From: an uncultured archaeon
GTDB taxonomy: Archaea > Thermoproteota > Bathyarchaeia > Bathyarchaeales > Bathycorpusculaceae
Direction: 5' to 3'
Length of the DNA stretch: 64,000 nt
Assembly: GCA_963810275.1 (NCBI GenBank)
Contig: CAWENF010000020.1
Coordinates: 1-64,000, forward strand
The translations under genes and the position numbers were made by a program. The stretch's first letter is position 1; each line of letters begins with the position of its first letter. This document shows positions 61,323-64,000 of the stretch, piece by piece. Under the pieces are notes generated by a model. The model saw only the letters and a list, made by a program, of their open reading frames with translations. It was not told the origin of the DNA and made no database searches.

Positions 61323-62093
61323 GTGACAAGTAAAATGTCTGGGTCAGACACCCTCATTCCATTTATAAAAGAAAAGAAAAACCGCGATGAAGAACCCACT
61401 ATAATAATGGACAGTCGCGAAGCTAGCAGCGCCAAAAAAATTGCGTCAGGATTAGTAGAGCGCGGCGCCACTGTGAAGACGCAAATGCTGGAGAAAGGCG
61501 ACTATATTTTAAGTGACCAGTGTGCGGTGGAGCGTAAAACCGTCAACGACTTCGTCTACACCTTGACTCGACGCTATTTGTTTGAGCAGCTTTTCAGATT
61601 AAAAGACGTCTACCCAAAGTCCTTGATTGTTTTAGAGGGATATATGCCGGTGATTTACAAGTACAGAGGTATCCAGCCCGCTTCAGTTTGGGGCGCCATG
61701 TTTAATCTTGCCAAAAATGGCATCCCCATCGTCAACACCGCAAACCAAAAAGAAACTGTAGACTTCCTCTACACTGCGGCACGCCAAGAACAAATTGTGG
61801 AAAAGCGTAGTGCAGTCGTCCATGCGTTTAAAAAATGTGATACTCTTTCGGATGCGCAGGTGTATTTTGTAGCGTCGCTGCCCAGCATAGGGCGGGAAAA
61901 GGCGACTGCTATTTTGCAGTCTTATCAGACTCCGATTAATGCACTCATAAATGTGGATGATTGGCCTAAAGCTGTGGATGGCTTGGGTCCCGTGATTACT
62001 AATCGGGTTAAAGATGTGATTAATACGCCGTATCAGGATAACAAAAAAGAACCAGAAAAAGACAGCACCCAAAAGGAACAAAATAGCTTGTAG
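61323..62093 (+). CDS. xpf: ERCC4/XPF structure-specific nuclease (short form with HhH)
   Basis: MDSRE, GDYIL, VERKTVNDF, LPSIGREKA. Confidence 0.88.
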   Translation: MTSKMSGSDTLIPFIKEKKNRDEEPTIIMDSREASSAKKIASGLVERGATVKTQMLEKGDYILSDQCAVERKTVNDFVYTLTRRYLFEQLFRLKDVYPKSLIVLEGYMPVIYKYRGIQPASVWGAMFNLAKNGIPIVNTANQKETVDFLYTAARQEQIVEKRSAVVHAFKKCDTLSDAQVYFVASLPSIGREKATAILQSYQTPINALINVDDWPKAVDGLGPVITNRVKDVINTPYQDNKKEPEKDSTQKEQNSL

Positions 62094-62159
62094 GAATTAA
62101 GCAAATGTGGCCGAAGCTAAATGTAGCATAACCCAAGGTTGAAAACTAATGTAACGTGC

Positions 62160-62420
62160 AATGGAAAAACCAACAAGCAACTTACCCCGACTAGGAAAAT
62201 CTTTCCTACTTCTGTTAAAAAACAAAATTTTCCCTCTGCCTGACTGTATGGCAAGCAGGAAAAATAGCCGAAGCAATCCAGCTTCACCACACCGAAACCT
62301 ACCGCTTCCTACGTGATGTCGAAAAGGAAAAGCACCGTATTTAGCATTTTCGAGAAACCACGCAAAAGTTCACATAGGTACCGCTGGATAAAGCCATAGC
62401 AGTTTTTTTCCAAAAGTAAT
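62160..62420 (+). pseudogene. TrmB-family HTH regulator remnant
   Basis: AGKIAEAIQLHHTETYRFLRDVEK / TVFSIFEKP / VPLDKAI in shifting frames with stops. Confidence 0.55.
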
Positions 62421-62533
62421 TTATAGTCAAACATCAACAGCAAAGCTATCGAACAGTTTTTGGTTTCAGCGATTAGTATATATTCAATAGTGGATTGTAT
62501 TAATAGTTAATATCGGCTTGTCTGGGGTTAAAT

Positions 62534-63574
62534 TTGGAAAGAAAAATTATGTCTTTAGGCAAATCATCTCTCGTAGTTTCCCTTCCTAAAGAGTGGATGC
62601 AACTAAATGACCTCAAAAAAGGTGAAACCATCTCCTTTAACATCCAACCAAACCGCTCACTAGTCATCTACCCAAGTGCACTAAAAAAAATGGAGCAAAG
62701 GGAAATCACGCTCATCATCGGACAGAATGAGGAGGAGATTCTCATCACACAAAAAATCCTTGGTGCATTCTTAAACGGTTATGGCGGCATAATGCTTTCC
62801 TCAAAGAGTATCTTCACGATCCCGCAAACTAAGGCTATTCGAAATATGTCTGCCCGCCTCTACATGAGAGTCATGGAAGCCGACGCAAAAAATGTTTACA
62901 TCCAAAGTCTTATGGACGAAACCAAAGCTTCGCTTGAGCAAGCCATTCAGCGTATGCACCTCATTTCGCGCTCCATGTGTGAGGGTGCATTTGAATCCCT
63001 AAAAAACAGAGATGTTGCATTAGCTAAATCCTCTTATTCTCTCGACGACGACGTAGACCACTTCGCGTTTTTCATCATCCGTATGCTGCGAAACGCCGCT
63101 CAAAACCTTCACTTAGCCAACGAGTTGCACATTGACCCTGTGGACGGTATGGATTACCAAATGTTAGTTACTCACGTTGAGCATGCTTCCGACTATGCAG
63201 CTGATATAACGCGGCATATAATCATGCTTAACGGAGCCAAACAAACCATACCCGATGATGTATTGGCGTTGATGGTTACTGCGGGCAATGAAGTTACAGA
63301 ACTATACGTGAAAGCGATGGAGGCTTTCGTTAACAAAGACGTCAACGCAGCCGTAGCCATAATGAAGTACCGCCAGAAGATGGAGAAAATTGATGTTGAA
63401 ATAACTTCACGTTCGTTTACAGGTCCTCAGAAAAGCGCCGAGCTGGTCTGCGGGATTTGCAGCATACGTGACAATATAAAACGCATTGCGCACTGTACGT
63501 TTAATATTGCTGAGGCGGCTGTGAACCGAGCTTTCAAAGAAGCAGAGACAATATATAACACAAAAAATAGCTAA
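62534..63574 (+). CDS. AbrB-PhoU phosphate uptake regulator (archaeal type)
   Basis: RKIMSLGKSSLVVSLPKEW AbrB domain; LDDDVDH..EHASDYA PhoU repeats. Confidence 0.88.
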   Translation: MERKIMSLGKSSLVVSLPKEWMQLNDLKKGETISFNIQPNRSLVIYPSALKKMEQREITLIIGQNEEEILITQKILGAFLNGYGGIMLSSKSIFTIPQTKAIRNMSARLYMRVMEADAKNVYIQSLMDETKASLEQAIQRMHLISRSMCEGAFESLKNRDVALAKSSYSLDDDVDHFAFFIIRMLRNAAQNLHLANELHIDPVDGMDYQMLVTHVEHASDYAADITRHIIMLNGAKQTIPDDVLALMVTAGNEVTELYVKAMEAFVNKDVNAAVAIMKYRQKMEKIDVEITSRSFTGPQKSAELVCGICSIRDNIKRIAHCTFNIAEAAVNRAFKEAETIYNTKNS

Positions 63575-63617
63575 AATCAAATTAAAAATGAAAAGGTAAC
63601 CCCGTTGGGGGTTAGGG

Positions 63618-64000
63618 TTACTGTTTGGGCTTTTTATTCTGCAGGTATTCGTGAATGGCTTTTGCTGCGGTTTTGCCTGTGCCCATTGCGCTGATGACGG
63701 TTGCTTCGCCTGTTGCGATGTCGCCACCGACATAAACGCCTTCAAGGCTGGTTTTAAATTTTTCGTCGCTTGCAATGATACCGCCCCGCTGAGTCCTAAG
63801 CCCAGGAGTGGTGCCTTGTAAGATTGGGTTGGGGGTACGTCCGATTGCCACTATAACTGTGTCGACTTCAATGGTTGTCTGCGATCCCTCTATAGGTGCT
63901 ACTTGGCGTCTCCCAGTGTCGTCTTCATCGCAGAGGCGCATCGAAATGGTCTCCATGGCTTTAACGTTGCCTTTGTCGTCGCCGAAGAACTTGAGGGGTG
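63618..64000 (-). CDS. glutamate synthase small-subunit-like oxidoreductase (GltD/SudA/NfnB family), 3' end only
   Basis: DDTGRR, VIVAIG, TSLEGVYVGGDIATGEATVISAMGTGKTAAKAIHEYL; runs off the window. Confidence 0.88.
   Translation of the reverse strand, partial: PLKFFGDDKGNVKAMETISMRLCDEDDTGRRQVAPIEGSQTTIEVDTVIVAIGRTPNPILQGTTPGLRTQRGGIIASDEKFKTSLEGVYVGGDIATGEATVISAMGTGKTAAKAIHEYLQNKKPKQ

Noticed and set aside
1-64000. CRISPR array, tRNA/rRNA genes, transposase/integrase, inteins in PolB
   Set aside because: No regularly spaced repeats, tRNA T-arm signatures or recombinase motifs were seen by eye, and PolB length leaves no room for an intein. tRNAscan-SE and Infernal would be needed to exclude RNA genes fully.

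Overview
64 kb of archaeal chromosome, most likely a TACK archaeon of the Bathyarchaeia type. This is inferred from archaeal EF-1alpha, DnaG, PolB, DGGGP synthase, a two-subunit tRNA splicing endonuclease, CdvB/ESCRT-III, a single-OB SSB and a short XPF. Bases 1-8.8 kb hold a visibly AT-rich glycogen/trehalose cluster (treZ, GH57, treY, malQ, divergent treT). The rest is housekeeping genes (ileS, glyS, endA x2, galT, mtnA, ychF, dnaG, polB, apgM, rnhA, tuf, xpf) mixed with membrane/secreted proteins, regulators and decayed gene remnants (mostly 50-62.5 kb). I found no rRNA, tRNA, CRISPR array or intact mobile element. Best leads: (1) a replication locus with an orphan ParB-like/Zn-finger gene divergent from dnaG across a repeated TTGTAGGT palindrome, a dnaG that apparently starts at ACG, and a PolB with degenerate proofreading motifs; (2) an RNase HI-glyoxalase(VOC) fusion; (3) a coupled GNAT/unknown 453-aa/HExxH operon; (4) a giant MMPL transporter with internal repeats; (5) a membrane-tethered wHTH regulator with a 22-bp-phased GAACA array; (6) three zinc-finger microproteins missed by the ORF track. 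Four otherwise intact genes carry single frameshifts that may be assembly errors. All calls come from motif recognition by eye; no searches were run.
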